Shown here piece after piece: positions 49,220 through 62,067 of a stretch of 64,000 nucleotides of DNA; within the stretch, counting starts at the first letter, position 1; every line of letters starts with the position of its first letter. The notes under the pieces are model-generated. The model ran no database searches. It was not told where the DNA came from and saw only the letters and a list, made by a program, of their open reading frames with translations. Source of the stretch: Sminthopsis crassicaudata (taxonomy: Eukaryota); assembly GCF_048593235.1 (NCBI RefSeq), contig NC_133618.1, positions 537,884,465 to 537,948,464 on the forward strand, read 5' to 3'. The position numbers were made by a program, and so were the translations under genes.

Positions 49220-50590
49220 TGCTTCCACAAATAGTTATTGAACACCTAATATGAAAATGATACTGTATTAGGCACAGTGAAGTAGGGGGAAAAAAAGACA
49301 TGCTTCTAAGGATATATACTAAAAAAACTCATTTAAATAGTGCTTAAGGGATTCCAAAGTGTGGGAGGTAAGACACATATGCTAATAATTATAACACAAA
49401 GTAATTTCCTAAGAGATTTGCAAAGTACAACAGGTGTCCAGAAAACAGAGATCTGAGATGAAGAGGTAGCATCTGAACTAGACCTTGAAGGGGAGATAGG
49501 ATTTCAACAGACAGAGATGGGGTGGGAAAGAGGAGGAAGGCATTCCAAGCCAAGGGGCAAAAGCAAAGGCATAAAGGCAATACAATTCAGTATGAGCTCA
49601 ATTAATGACAAATAGTGCAGTCTGGCTAAAACACAGGGTAAATTATATAGGAATCAGAAGAGATAAGCCAGGAAAAGCAGCCTGGATTAAAATCTTTTGT
49701 TGTTATTTAGGCTTTTCAGTTGTGTCCAACTTTTTATGACCCCTTTTTGGTGTTTTCTTGGCAAAAACATTTAGAATAATCAGTCATTTCTTTCTTCAGC
49801 TCATTTGACATATTAAGAAATTGAAGCAAACAGGGTTAAATGATTTGCCCAGGATCATAGAACTAATAAGTGTGTGAGGCCAAACTTGATGATGAATCTT
49901 CCTGACTTCAAGGCCTGGCAATCTGTCTGCTTTGCCATCTGCTGACTCAAAGTCAAACTTTGGAGGGCCTTAAATGACAGGCTAATTAAAAGAGTGGGGC
50001 TTTGGTAAGGAAGGAGAGAATTATTACAGCTTTTTAAGATAGGAAAGATTTAGACTATATTTTAAGAACATTAATTTTAAAATAGTATATAGGAGGGATT
50101 TAAAGCAGGAATAACCAGAGAAGCAGGAGATAGGAAACTAGTAAGAGGCCACTGGAATAATCCAGGAGACAGTTAATATGGAGCTGAAATCAGGTGACAG
50201 CAATGGAAACAGCATGAATGGAACAAATTCATCAAACAGTCAAAAAAAAAAAGAATCAATAGAATTTGGCAAGTGGTTGTGGTAGGAAAGAAAAGGATCA
50301 AAGATGACTACTTAGCTTTAGCTCTGAATAAAGAGGAGATTGAGTGTACCATTAAAATACAGAAAGTCAGGGGGAGAAGTTATTTTTATGTATATAATAA
50401 CTTAGATTTTAGATGTAATGAACTTCCGGTGTTAACTAGCAGGATTCCCAAGCCACAGCATGAAGTCATCAGAAATGCTAGATGAGGACTTGGTAGTGGT
50501 CAGGGTTAGAGTCAAAGATTTGGAAATTATTTGAACAGAAGTGAAAACTGAAGCCATAGGAGTCAAGAAAGAGCTGCAGGGGAAAAAAAA
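49220..50590 (-). mobile_element. L2 fragment interrupted by a Mar1 SINE
   Basis: TTATTGAACACCTAATATG...GGAAGGCATTCCAAGC...; resumes after 49950 (GGAGGGCCTTAAATGACAGGCTAA). Confidence 0.7.
49695..49946 (-). mobile_element. Mar1-type CORE-SINE
   Basis: TTCAGTTGTGTCCAACT...TTTTCTTGGCAAA...AAACAGGGTTAAATGATTTGCCCAGG. Confidence 0.82.
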
Positions 50591-50649
50591 AAAAAAAAAA
50601 AAAAAAAGGTGTTTTAATAAAAGTGGAAAGCTGTTTAGAAGAATTGTAC

Positions 50650-50990
50650 ATGTTTAACTTATATGGGATTACTTGTTGTCCAGATGAGGAGGGAGAAAAG
50701 GAGGGAAAGAGAAAAGTTTGTAACACAAGGTTTTGCAAGGGTGAACTTTAAAACTACCTTTGCATATAGTTGGAAAAATATAAAGCTATTATTATAAGAA
50801 AAAAAGTGCTTAGTTTGTGGATTTGTGTTCAAATCCCAGTTCCACCACTTACTATCTGTGTGACTTTGGATGAGTCACTTTTCTTTGAGACTCAGTGTCA
50901 TCATCCATAAAATTATGTATAAGGTGATAAGAGTAGGAGGGAATAGGTAAGTTGAGGTCTCTCACATCTCTAAATCTATAATTCTATAAT
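50650..50990 (+). mobile_element. Short L1 3' tail followed by a MIR
   Basis: AACACAAGGTTTTGCAAGGGTGAAC..., then GTTCAAATCCCAGTTCCACCACTTACTATCTGTGTGACTTTGG. Confidence 0.7.
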
Positions 50991-53383
50991 ATCATTAAAA
51001 TGGTTGACTACAGATTAGATGGGGATTCCAAATGAACAGTGGGATTGATGTACTAGAAAAATATGATTTCTTCTATTATTTCTAGATCTCTTTCCTAGAT
51101 GATAATAAGCAGCTTAAAATTGATCAGTTCTTATTTGTACTATTTTTTCTAAACTTACTGTACACTGAGCAATGTGCTCCTTATGAACACATGGGCAAGG
51201 GTAGGAAGGTGGTGCTACATTTTTGCCTAATCATAAATTTTCTTTTCATAATTTACTTCTGTTTATAAAGCTGTTTCATTACCCAGATGAAATCACTGTC
51301 CTCTACAAACATGGATGTTTCACTTTAGTACATTTATAAAAAGTTAAAAGGACCCTTCCTTTAGAAAAATTCAGGCACAACCCCACAGTTAGGCTTTTCA
51401 ATTCAGAGCAGTAATATTTAGTTCCAATTCTCTAAATAACCTTCCTACATATAACAGAAGCCTTCCTCCAATATCCAGTTTAATATGCTACCTATCTCTT
51501 CTGAAAGGCTAACTCTATTATGACCATTCCCACCTGCTCCTGCCCATATGCTTTACTCACCCTCCTTTCCAAGCCCCCAATCTTTTAAAGAACTCTAACA
51601 TATTAGTATGATTTCTTTTTAAAGGATTCATGGTTTTTTCCCTCAAAAGCTTATTCTTTCATAAGTTTTCAGTGATCGTACTCTTTATTGTCCTTTTCAT
51701 TGTTGGTCTGCAGTTCACTCTATAATCTTTATGATAGATGAGCAAATCACATGTATATGCAGCCAGAATAACACAATTTAGTGAAGAGTTTTACAAATCC
51801 AGTCTGTTTCTTTAAAAAATAAAACAAAATTAGGGATGTGATAATGACAAAATCTTCTATTATGATTGATTTATATTTGTCAATTCTAAAACAGCATGTC
51901 CACTTATTCATTTATTCCATACTACTTATTGTATTATATGATTGTAGTATATGTTACCACTTATTCTACACTATTCTAGAATTACTTATTCTAAAAGCTG
52001 TAATTGAAAGTATTATTCAGAAAATATAAAATAAATTATATTATATATTATTAGCTCAAACAAAGCGCAACTGGGCAAATCTACTGTTAAAAAAATGTAA
52101 TATAAAGACAAATATAAATGAATCTCAGATTATAAGTATTATTGTTCTTCTTTATTTTTGTAAATAACTGAGAATTAATTATATTTACCAAAAAACATGT
52201 GAAATAACAACCTAACTTTTCTCTGCATCCATAGGATATCAGTTTATGGAAACCAGTCAAGAACATTTATTTAGTGCCTACTCTGTATGAGGCACTGTTC
52301 TTTGTGCTAGAGATAGAAATACAAAGAATGAAAATCTCTACTCAAGAAGTTTATATTCTAACAGGAATTAAACAAGAGACAAATATGAAAATAAAGAAAA
52401 TAAATCTAAAGAAATGTTTATTAATTTTCTTAATATCTACAGTCAAATCACTTATGAGGTTTCAATGACAACAGTAAAAAATGTGTGAAGTATATGCAGA
52501 GTAATGAAAAGACTGGATTTAGAGAGAATAGTAGATAATATTAAAATAAAATGTCAAGACTGAACATTGGCTGAAAATATAAATTCAGATAGAGAATTGA
52601 TTCTATTAATAATTAGAAATTTAGACTCTCTACAACTCAGTTTCCTTTATTTTTAAAATGATGAAGTTGGGACTAGATGAGTTTTAATTTTTCTTCAAAA
52701 CCTAAAATACACAGGGTTTATCTTTTGGCAAATATCTCTAATAGTAAACTTTGGGGCAACTTAAAAAATAAAACTACTAGACTAAAAATATCACTGAACG
52801 TAGTTTTAGAGCCAAGTGTCTGAAAAAAGGAATAGATATGATGACTAAAATAGCTAAATTTTTCATTCACTTATTTTGGGGTGATTCTTATGTAAGAACA
52901 ATTTTAGCAATGTAAATTTTATTATTCTGTTATATTTAAAATGCCTTATACTACTGGAACCACAACAAATTGCTGCTGCTCCTAATTTCCTAATTTAGCA
53001 TGCTAAAGTCTAAGGCAAATATGAGTAGGTGCTTGGAATTCCAAAAGAGGACACAGGTAGTTCTAACTACTGTCTTAAGTTGATAGATATCTTAACCTCT
53101 CTTCAGCAATTACCGAATGCCCCAGATTTTTGCTATAACTTTTGGATAATGTCAGTAAGTCAGAAAACATTTATTAAATACCTATTACATATCAAGTTTG
53201 AATGTGGTTTGAATATAATGTTATGTTTTAAAAGGTATATTTAAAATATAAATATAATAAATAAGTCTCAATATAATATAAAAGTATAGCAAGCATCAGG
53301 CAGAGTAAGACAAAAGTTTGCATTCAGAATATATATTTTTTTTAAATGGAGAACAAAATAATAGAACCTCATTCACAACTTAC

Positions 53384-53423
53384 CTTTACAGCTAATATTT
53401 TTCCACTTGGGACATGATATGCT
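53384..53423 (-). CDS. MAP2K5: MAP2K5 coding exon (approx. exon 9), 40 nt, AYHVPSGKILAVK, ending on the VAVK-type catalytic lysine
   Basis: Reverse complement reads ttttctttcccag|A GCA TAT CAT GTC CCA AGT GGA AAA ATA TTA GCT GTA AAG|gtaag. Phase 2-0. Confidence 0.96.
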
Positions 53424-53627
53424 CTGGGAAAGAAAAAAAATTGAATAACTTTTAAAAATAGCTTATTGATATATTATAAATTCAACCATCATATTTATAA
53501 CAATGTGCACTGACAGATTTCAAGTAACACTAACAATAATAAACACCATTTATTGAGCATTCATTGTGTGCAAAACTGCACTGCACCCACAACAATTTGT
53601 AATAAATAGTAAATCTGTTTGTTTCTT

Positions 53628-53760
53628 TTCTTTCTTTTTTTTTTTTTTCCCTGAGGCTGGGGTGACTTGCCCAGGGTCACACAGCTAGGAAGTGTTAAGT
53701 GTCTGAGACCTCCTGCATTCAAGGCTAGTGTTCTATCCACTGTGCCACCTAGCTGCCCCC
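53628..53760 (-). mobile_element. WSINE1-like SINE with internal deletions
   Basis: Reverse reads GGGGGCAGCTAGGTGGCACAGTGGATAGAACACTAGCCTTGAATGCAGGAGGTCTCAGACACTTAACACTTCCTAGCTGTGTGACCCTGGGCAAGTC plus poly(A). TSD-like CTGTTTGTT(T)CTT at 53615 and 53765. Confidence 0.88.
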
Positions 53761-55789
53761 TGTACTGTTTGTTCTTAATGTCAATACTGTGATTTCAAGA
53801 TGTGACTTCATCAGTATGACTATTTTACTGTATATATGTATATGTATGTTTAACAAACAGTTGTATAACACAAGTATTACATGCCTTAGTAGATATCTTC
53901 ATGAGTTGATATGGCAAAACATTGTTTTATTCTACAACATACTCAGAAATGCTGAATTCCTGCCACAATCATATCTGATAATAGATATAATCTGATAAAA
54001 GCCATCAGTTGATTGAGGGGGAAAAAGTGCTAGGAAAAAGAAAGAAGAAGGAAAGGAGTGAGATGCTATTTATATATGAACAAAATAATGGGGTGATGAG
54101 CTGAAGAATGGTAAAATAACAAGTGAGAAAAAAAACTGTTTAGAGAAATGCCAGGAAGTAGAGTTTCCAGAAAATAAATGTTAAAAAATCAGACTGAGAC
54201 CTTTTATGTTTAATGTAATGTGGCCTTTTGCATCTAGACAGTAATGAATTCATATGAGGAATTCTATAAGCACCATAATCCAGAAACAATTTGACTTATA
54301 TAAAAATGTTAACACAAACAAGTAATCTCAAATTATCCTCTTATTCCATTCTTCTAAAAGGAAAAAAGCAAATCTGTTTGCTCAGACCTTATTTCATAAT
54401 AAGAATTTATACATTATCCAGAGTTGGCTGTTCTTCCAAACTCCAGAATTGATATAAAATGAACCTGCCAAAGGTCAAGGAAGACAGTTTATTCCCAATT
54501 CTATCATTGACTAAAAATTCCTATCTGCATTGACAAGCATTTGCAAAATCATTTTATTGTGCTTCCAACATTTTAATTAGTATTGTCACATTAGCCAAAT
54601 TGGATCTACCATATATACTGCATATATCTAATATGTTTTAATGTGTATATGTGTTGTCTTGCCCATTGGATTAAAGCTCTTTCAAGGAAAGGACTTTTTT
54701 CTTTTTATTTATGTCCCCAGTATTTACCATAGACTAGGGAAAACAATAAGTATTCAATAAGTATTTGCTATTTGCTTCTATAAAACAATGTACATTACCT
54801 ATAATCTCAAATCACTGATATCAATTTCCACTTTAGCTAGAAAGATCTGTAAGATTTCTCTGATGGTCAGATGTTTTTAAGTTAGGTGCATTAACTTTTA
54901 GTGGTGAAATTTAACTAGAAACAGTTTGCTATAATGTTTTAAACATTAGAAAAAGATAAATATTTTGAAAGAATATGCCACCAAAGGGCAATGGTAAGAA
55001 ATACGCTGCACATGAATTGGCAGCAAGGTACAAATGAGGAGTTTTCAAGGAAAAGCAGCATAAAAGTCATAAACAGAGAAATATGCAACTAAATAAAAAA
55101 TGCAAAAAAAAAAAAAAAAAATAGAATGGTCAGGTAGCCAAAGCAAGGGACAATCAATAGTCTATCAACTCTAGCACTATCCATATCATAACAAAAGAAC
55201 ATGAAAGTGGCTTCTACCAAATACAATGGAATCTTAGTTGTGGATTTGGGAAAGGAAGTGACTAAAAGTGACACAATATGGACAGATATAGTTGTATTGT
55301 GTTCTGTATTAGTTAAATGTCTACATCATTGAAATTCAGCTAACATTAGTACTTACTTGTAATGTCTTGTTTATTTAAGTAATCAATATAATGGTAAAAT
55401 CTTAGATAAGCTACTAACCCTCTAATTCCATGATTCCATGGATTCTCTAAGAATGGAGATCAGTATAGCTACATATTATGAACTAAAAAAATGTATAGTT
55501 ACAAAATAAATGAATTTAGAGATTGCTCACACTTCTGAAGTATTCTTTTGAGTTACAAAAGGATTTATTATAACACTTTGATAAGTAGTAAACCCCTCCA
55601 AAGTACATAAAATATGATTCAATTTACAAAGATTCAATAATATACAAGTTTTTAGAAACTTAGATTTTGCTTTATAATACCAGTGTGGGTGAACAGAATA
55701 TATCTTCTTGAATATAATGCCTTGTTGCTTAGGCATTAAATTCAAATTTGGCAAATAATGAATGTCAAGTATGTGAGAATAACTTTGCT

Positions 55790-57185
55790 AAGCTCTAAAC
55801 AAAGTTAATGACCCTATTCTCAAGGCAGTGACAATCATCTAATCTGATCAGACCAATATGAGCTTGGAATTCTCTGCCACAGGCTGGACACAAATAGTCC
55901 CTATGACCATTTGGGGTGACATCTCTAACTTTGCATAGCTTGCGTTTCTTCTGATCTAATTCAATTCTGCTTTGCTCATGGAGTGTAGCACTTTCTCTTT
56001 GAAGCACACTGTGCTGGGTGATCCTGTATCAGTGTTTCTCATGTCATACAACCAATTCTTAAGTTTTTAAGAGATACCTTGAGAGTGTTCTTGTATTGAT
56101 TTTTCTGACTGCTTTGTGAGTGCTTGCCCTGTGTGAATTCTCCATAAAATAAATTTTTTTGGCAAACATACATTTGGCAGTCTAACAATGTGGCCAGCCC
56201 AACAGAATTTTGCCCTCTGCAGAAGGGTTGGAACACTTGGCAGTTTAGTTTGAGAAAGGACTTCAGGGTCTGATATCTTATCCTGCCAGGTGATTTTCAG
56301 AATCTTCCTGAGACAACTCATACATTAGTGATTCAATTTCCTGACATGATGCTGGTATACTGTCCAGGTTCCACACTGGCATACAACAATGACTTTCTGT
56401 AGACCTTCAATTTGGTAGTCAGTCTAATTCTCTCTGATCCCATACTTTCCTTCTGAGTCTCCCAAACACTGTATACAACTCTGGCAATGCATATGTCCAT
56501 CTCATCAATGTGGATGTCCCTGGACAGTATGCTGCCAAGTGAATTTATCCACAGCAATCAAAACTTCACCATTTGCTCTGATGGTTACATATGGATGTAA
56601 GAACATAAGGATAGTGTGGTGCTGGCTGATGAGATACCCATGTTTTCTTAAGGTTAATTGTCAGGCCAAAATTACCACAAGCAGCAGAGAACTGATACTT
56701 TGTTGTGCCTCAGCTGCAGAGGCTGCACTAAGCGCACAATCAACTGAAACAAAAAATCATGCACCATCACTCCCTCCACCTTAGTTTTGACTTGTAGCCT
56801 TTTCAATTGAAGAATTTACCATCAGTGTGCTAGCTGACTTTGATTCCATGTTTGTTCTCATTGAAGGCATTGAACAACACAGCTGAAAATCTCATGCTAA
56901 AAAGCTTGGGAGCAAGCATTCAGGCCTGGATCATACTTCTGGTGGCCGGGAAAGCTCAAGAGCACTGCCCATTGTCTAGAGGCTGGGCATGGATAACATC
57001 ATGAAACTGATGCACTATACTGATGAACTTCTCTGAACAACCGATTTTTAAATTAAAATCCCTCCTGAATGTCAGTATCAATGGCCTTGGTCAGATCTAC
57101 AAATCTTGTATACAGACCTTTGTTCTGCTCCTAGCATTTCTCCTCAAGTTGCTGGTCAGTAAACACCATATCTATTGTTCCTCAG
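55790..57185 (-). mobile_element. RTE-clade LINE, 5'-truncated, RT through C-terminal C2H2-like finger
   Basis: Reverse translates to fragments FVDLTKA, DFLF(A)...CALSAASAAE, LGSILSRDIHIDE, RLTTKLKVY, CLRKILKITWQDKI, FYGEFTQGK, YLCPACGREFQAHIGLI. Confidence 0.95.
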
Positions 57186-57419
57186 GCTCTTATTTATTGA
57201 CAAGTCACTATGGCACAACTATAGTTATATAGTTAAATATGGTAGTTATTACCAGTAACTATGGGTAATAGAGTGAAGGAGGCAAAGTTTATACAATAAA
57301 TGTGAAGGAAGAAGAGATTCATTTCACCAGATGGCACAGGGCTGAAAGAATAGCTCAGTGAAGACTTTTGCTGGAGGAGCTAATCCTCACTTTGAGCCTT
57401 CAAGGTAAGAAGATATTTC

Positions 57420-57940
57420 AATAGATCATAGGACCACAAATTTAATGCCAAGAGAGTTCTTAGCGGCTATTTAATTCAGAACCTCATTTTACAGATAAGG
57501 AAGGTGAAACTCAGAAAGGTTTATTGACAGTGCCCAGAATTGCATGGCAAGTTAGTAGCAGAGGAAAGATTTGAACCTAGGATTTCCTGACATCAAGTCT
57601 AGCATGATATCCACTCTGCAACACCACCTCTCTGGAGAGTATGTTTTGAAGAGTATGTTCAACAGAACAATTAAAAAAATTACTTTGTTAATGCATTTTA
57701 AAACCACATTTACTTCCTAATCATCTTTGCCATAGTACCATATAAGAAATAATATAGCACAGTAGACAGAACACTGAACTTGAAGGCTAGAAAAGACAAT
57801 TCATATCCTGTTTCAGATATTTACTCATGGTATGAGTCATGGCAAAAGATTTAACATCAGTTTCTATTTGTCATCTACAACATTTATTTCAAAGATAATG
57901 TATGTTAAGTGTTTTGCAAATTTTATTCTACTGTATTCCA
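57420..57940. mobile_element. Two MIR-type SINE fragments in opposite orientations
   Basis: CCTCATTTTACAGATAAGGAAGGTGAAAC (minus) and CAGTAGACAGAACACTGAACTTGAAG...GGCAAAAGATTTAAC (plus). Confidence 0.7.
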
Positions 57941-59904
57941 CCTGTTACCTTTTCTTCAAATTGAATAACAGAAAAGCTAAACAAAAACTGACAGATACAA
58001 TGAATGAGAATGACAGAGTAAATAACATTACGCATCCTTGGCATAACACCTTTTAACAGAGAAGAAAGGAGTATGTTCCATGTCTGTCCTCAAGAAGCAA
58101 TACTAATTGTTTCCTTCCTTCCAATGAAATTATAGGCCCAGTAACCCAACAATACCATACTTGACAGACTGGAAACTTTTTTCATAAAATCTATGATATT
58201 TATAATCAATTAGTTGTCAGGGCTTATTTGCTCTGCCTCCAAAACATCCCCTACCTCCAATAATAGCATGTTAATAATAATAATAAATTCTACTTCCAAT
58301 AAAAAATATAAGTTTTGCTGCCTTTTAGTGTTTTGTTTTTTCCATTTATAGTCATTGTGCCTTTTCTTCTGGTATTGATTTTTCTACTCTGTGGAATCCC
58401 TATTGTTTTTTAAATTCTGTGTATTGACATATCTTATAGTACAAAACAATTCCATTATATTTATGTATAACAATGTGTTCATTTATTCAATTCAAATGAT
58501 GCTTCCAACTTTTGGCTACTACAAAAAACGTTTTGTGAATATTCTTTGGCATATATAGTACCTGTATAGTTATTTTTTAACTCAAGGTATATATAATTCC
58601 ATTTAATAATAAAACAGGTAAGAGGGTTCTGCTGTGAGCAGCAGCTCATTATATCTGGTGAAAAGTTACTTTAAAATGGGATTCAAAAGACTATTGTACT
58701 TGTATATAAATAAAGCTAACACAACATGTTAGAATATATAATTTCTTTTGTATTCTATTAACTAGTGCCAACTTATTTTAAGTTTGAATATTAAAATTTC
58801 CAATTGAGAACAGTAATGTGAAGGTAAAACAAGTGAATGCACAGACCAAGATTGAAGAGTAAAACTTTTTAAAAATGGTGTTATTACTCTGAGTAACAAG
58901 AGTACAAAACATCTGGACTTTTGAGATAAGCAGCAGTGATAAGAATATGATGAGAAGATACTCAAATATATACTACACTGGACAGTTCGGCAACTTAATT
59001 AGCTTGTCAAGAAAGCTGAACCCTTTTCCAAAAGAGAGATCTCATGTTTCCAAATGAATTAAAAGGAAAGACTTGATGATTTAATTATGATGTACGCCAA
59101 TTCATCCGTGGAAGTTTGGGTTGGATTTCGAGTAATGAAGAGATCCCTGGTTTGGTTTACAGTGCATTGACAGTACCAATTTAACATTTAATTATCATGG
59201 AGAATTGGATCACAAAGATGATGCAAGGCAGATGGGCAAAATATATCCCTCAGCTTTGCAAATGGCATATTATTTGGGAGAAAAGAAACTTGTTTACTTT
59301 AGACTGATACTGCATCTCAATTGTCTTGACCTTCCTCAACACATTAACTGTAAAGTGATTAATGAAGTTTGAATAGAAGCTTTGGTTACACCAAAAGACA
59401 ACTGTACACCTCTTCAGTGTTTTAATTAACAGCTAACACTTCAAATTAGTCTGTAGTTGCCACAGTAATTACCTGTTCCAATGAGTATATAGGGGAAACA
59501 TTTTTTATAAGATTTTTTAGTGCTTAGTCCTTTTCCTTTATTAATTCAATTGAACAAACATTTAAATATCTACTTCATATATCAGTCATGGTGTTTGGTT
59601 GAGAAGGTTCAAAGATAGGGACAAAACATTCTCTACTAACAAGCTTAATATGTACATGGAGAATTCATTTTAAAATGTATATGAGTGTGAATATATATTT
59701 ATGTATATGAATATATGCATATATGCAACATAAACATACACACATGCTAACTATTAAGTAATTTTAATGATGGTAAGAACACTAACAGTCAGTAAAATCA
59801 AAGAAGGAAATGGCTCTTGAGCTAAGCTTGAGAAAGACAGGGATTCCAAGAGGTAGAAATGAGGAAGAAGAACATTCCAGGAATAGGGGACAAACTATGT
59901 AAAG

Positions 59905-60662
59905 TAGAGATTCTTACCCAGAGATGCATAGCCTGTGGAATGATTTAACAAAGCACTTGAACCTGAATGGGGAGGAGGGTAATAACTACATCTTGATTTT
60001 CACCAATTTTTTGTTTTCTTTGTAATCTTCTGTATTTTATTTTGTATATTTAAAAATGTGATTCTCTCTCAAAGTTTTATCATTATGAAAGTTTATACTT
60101 AAAAATTTGAACTAAGGTGATTCAAAGTTTTATATTTGTTGCAGCCATGGGAAAAGGCATTCAAGAGATATTACCAAGATTTCTGTAAGCTAGGGATTTA
60201 ATAAAGGAAAGGTACAAGAAAGGGGAAGGCATTCAAAGGGGGTGGGAGGGAGTCTAAAGAGGGAGAACTGCGTGAGGCAAGTGGGGCCCATAAGTTTAAT
60301 ACTGGGAAACAGGGTAAAGAGGGAGGACAAGAAATAGAAAAGCATAATCGGGGGATAATAAGATGGCAGGAAATACAGAATTAGTAATTTTAACTGTAAA
60401 TGTGAATGGGATGAACTCTCCCATAAAACAAAGGCAGATAGCAGACTGGATCAAAAGCCAGAACCCTACAATATGTTCTTTACAGGAAACACATTTAAAA
60501 CAGGGAGATACATACAGAGTAAAAAGGTAAAAGGTTGGAGAAGAATCTATTATGCTTCAGGTGAAGGTAAAAATGTGATTCTGAGAAGGAGCTCATAGAC
60601 TCCATAAGATTACCAAAAGAATTCAGGGAAGAAAAAAAATAATAAAACGTTAAGAATGCCTA
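59905..60662. mobile_element. hAT-type MITE interrupted by an L1 internal fragment
   Basis: AGAGATTCTTACCC...CTTTGTAATCTTCTGTATTTTATTTTG...TAAAAATGTGATTCT | GAGAAGGAGCTCATAGAC...GTTAAGAATGCCTA. Confidence 0.7.
60066..60567 (+). mobile_element. Tailless internal L1 fragment (inter-ORF spacer plus first ~200 nt of ORF2) flanked by a 15-bp TSD
   Basis: TAAAAATGTGATTCT at 60051-60065 and 60568-60582. From ~60200 the body is homologous to 32040-32350 (MAGNTELVILTVNVNG...LQETH). No 3'UTR or poly(A). Confidence 0.88.
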
Positions 60663-60664
60663 AT

Positions 60665-61330
60665 GTAATGCCATATATAGAGAACTGGGAAGTGATTCAG
60701 CTTGGTTAGAATGAAGAGTTTGTGAGGGAAAATAATGTAAAATTAGTCTAGAAAGATGGGTTAAAGTTAGTTTGTAAGTTACTGAGGTGTCTTGGGCAGG
60801 AGAGTGACAAGTTGAGAGGTGTTTTAGGAGTATTGCTTAAATACCTGTGTGGAGGTTAGACTGGAGAAAGGAAACACTGGAAGCATTAGAACACTATCTA
60901 AAGACTGTAATCCAGATGAAAGAGTTGAAGATGTGAAGGTAGTGGTAGCATGAGTAAGGAGACAAATGTTGATGTTATGGAAGCAGAATTGCTGATGATC
61001 TGATGAGATAGGAATATCATAAAACTTATGAAAAACATTCCCAGTTCTTAAAATCAAGTATGGTATATTAGGTGAGTAACTGGACCTGTAATTTCATTGG
61101 AAGGAAGGAAACAAGCATTTATTATGTGCCAGGTTTTGTGCAAAGCACTTTAGAAATACTATCTCATTTGACCACAAGCCCAGCAGACAGGCACTATTAC
61201 TATCACCCTCATTTTACAACTGAAGAAACTGAAGAAGCAGACTTGTCCACAGTCACAAAGCAAATAAGGATCTGAGACTGAATTTGGAATCAGGTTTTCC
61301 TGATTCTAGCTGCCTAGTTCTACAACTCTC
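60665..61330 (-). mobile_element. L2 fragment followed by a MIR-type SINE
   Basis: GAGGTTAGACTGGAGAAAGGAAACACTGG...; then AAGCATTTATTATGTGCCAGG...CCTCATTTTACAACTGAAGAAACTGA. Confidence 0.65.
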
Positions 61331-62025
61331 AATTGAGAGTTGTAGAAAATTCCCTCTACCAAAGAAGACTGGTACTTTCTTTATATCAGATGCTCTTGTT
61401 AAATTAAAAATCAAATAATGTTTTTAAAATGACAAAAAATAAAAATAACAAGTAGTATTATATTGTGATGAATCAACCTAGGAGACAAAGAGTTTAAACT
61501 GGAATTTAAAATATTTTGATGAGGATAATGTACAATGTATATTAATAATGCACAAAACTTACAAATTTTCATTTTTATCTAAATTCTAGTTGTTCTATTA
61601 TTTAAATTCTTACTTGTACTTTATTTTACTTATACCATCCAGGCCTTCAACTCAGCAGAAACATGATCCCATAGCAAGAGAAATTTAATTTCTTCTATTA
61701 GTATCAATGGCCAGAAAAACATGCTATCTTAAAGGTATATATATAGATTTTCCCTTACTATGTGCAACAACAGATGTACTCAATCAAAGAAATGAAATGA
61801 TTATTGAGTCAATTCCTGAAGTTCCCATTAGTTCCTGGATTAAAATGATAAACTGTTAATATCCAACACCCTAAAATTAGATCTTCCATTTTTTTTTCAT
61901 TTTCAACTAAAATCAGAACTTAAAACCAAGAATACCAATGGAAACTTTTCTGGACTTCACCCTAATTTTATTTCTTTGTAAAAATATTCATTCCTTTGAA
62001 AACATTCTACCAATGCCAGATCCAA

Positions 62026-62027
<2 letters not shown>

Positions 62028-62062
<35 letters not shown>
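62028..62062. repeat. (AT)n microsatellite
   Basis: Directly visible. Confidence 0.97.
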
Positions 62063-62067
<5 letters not shown>

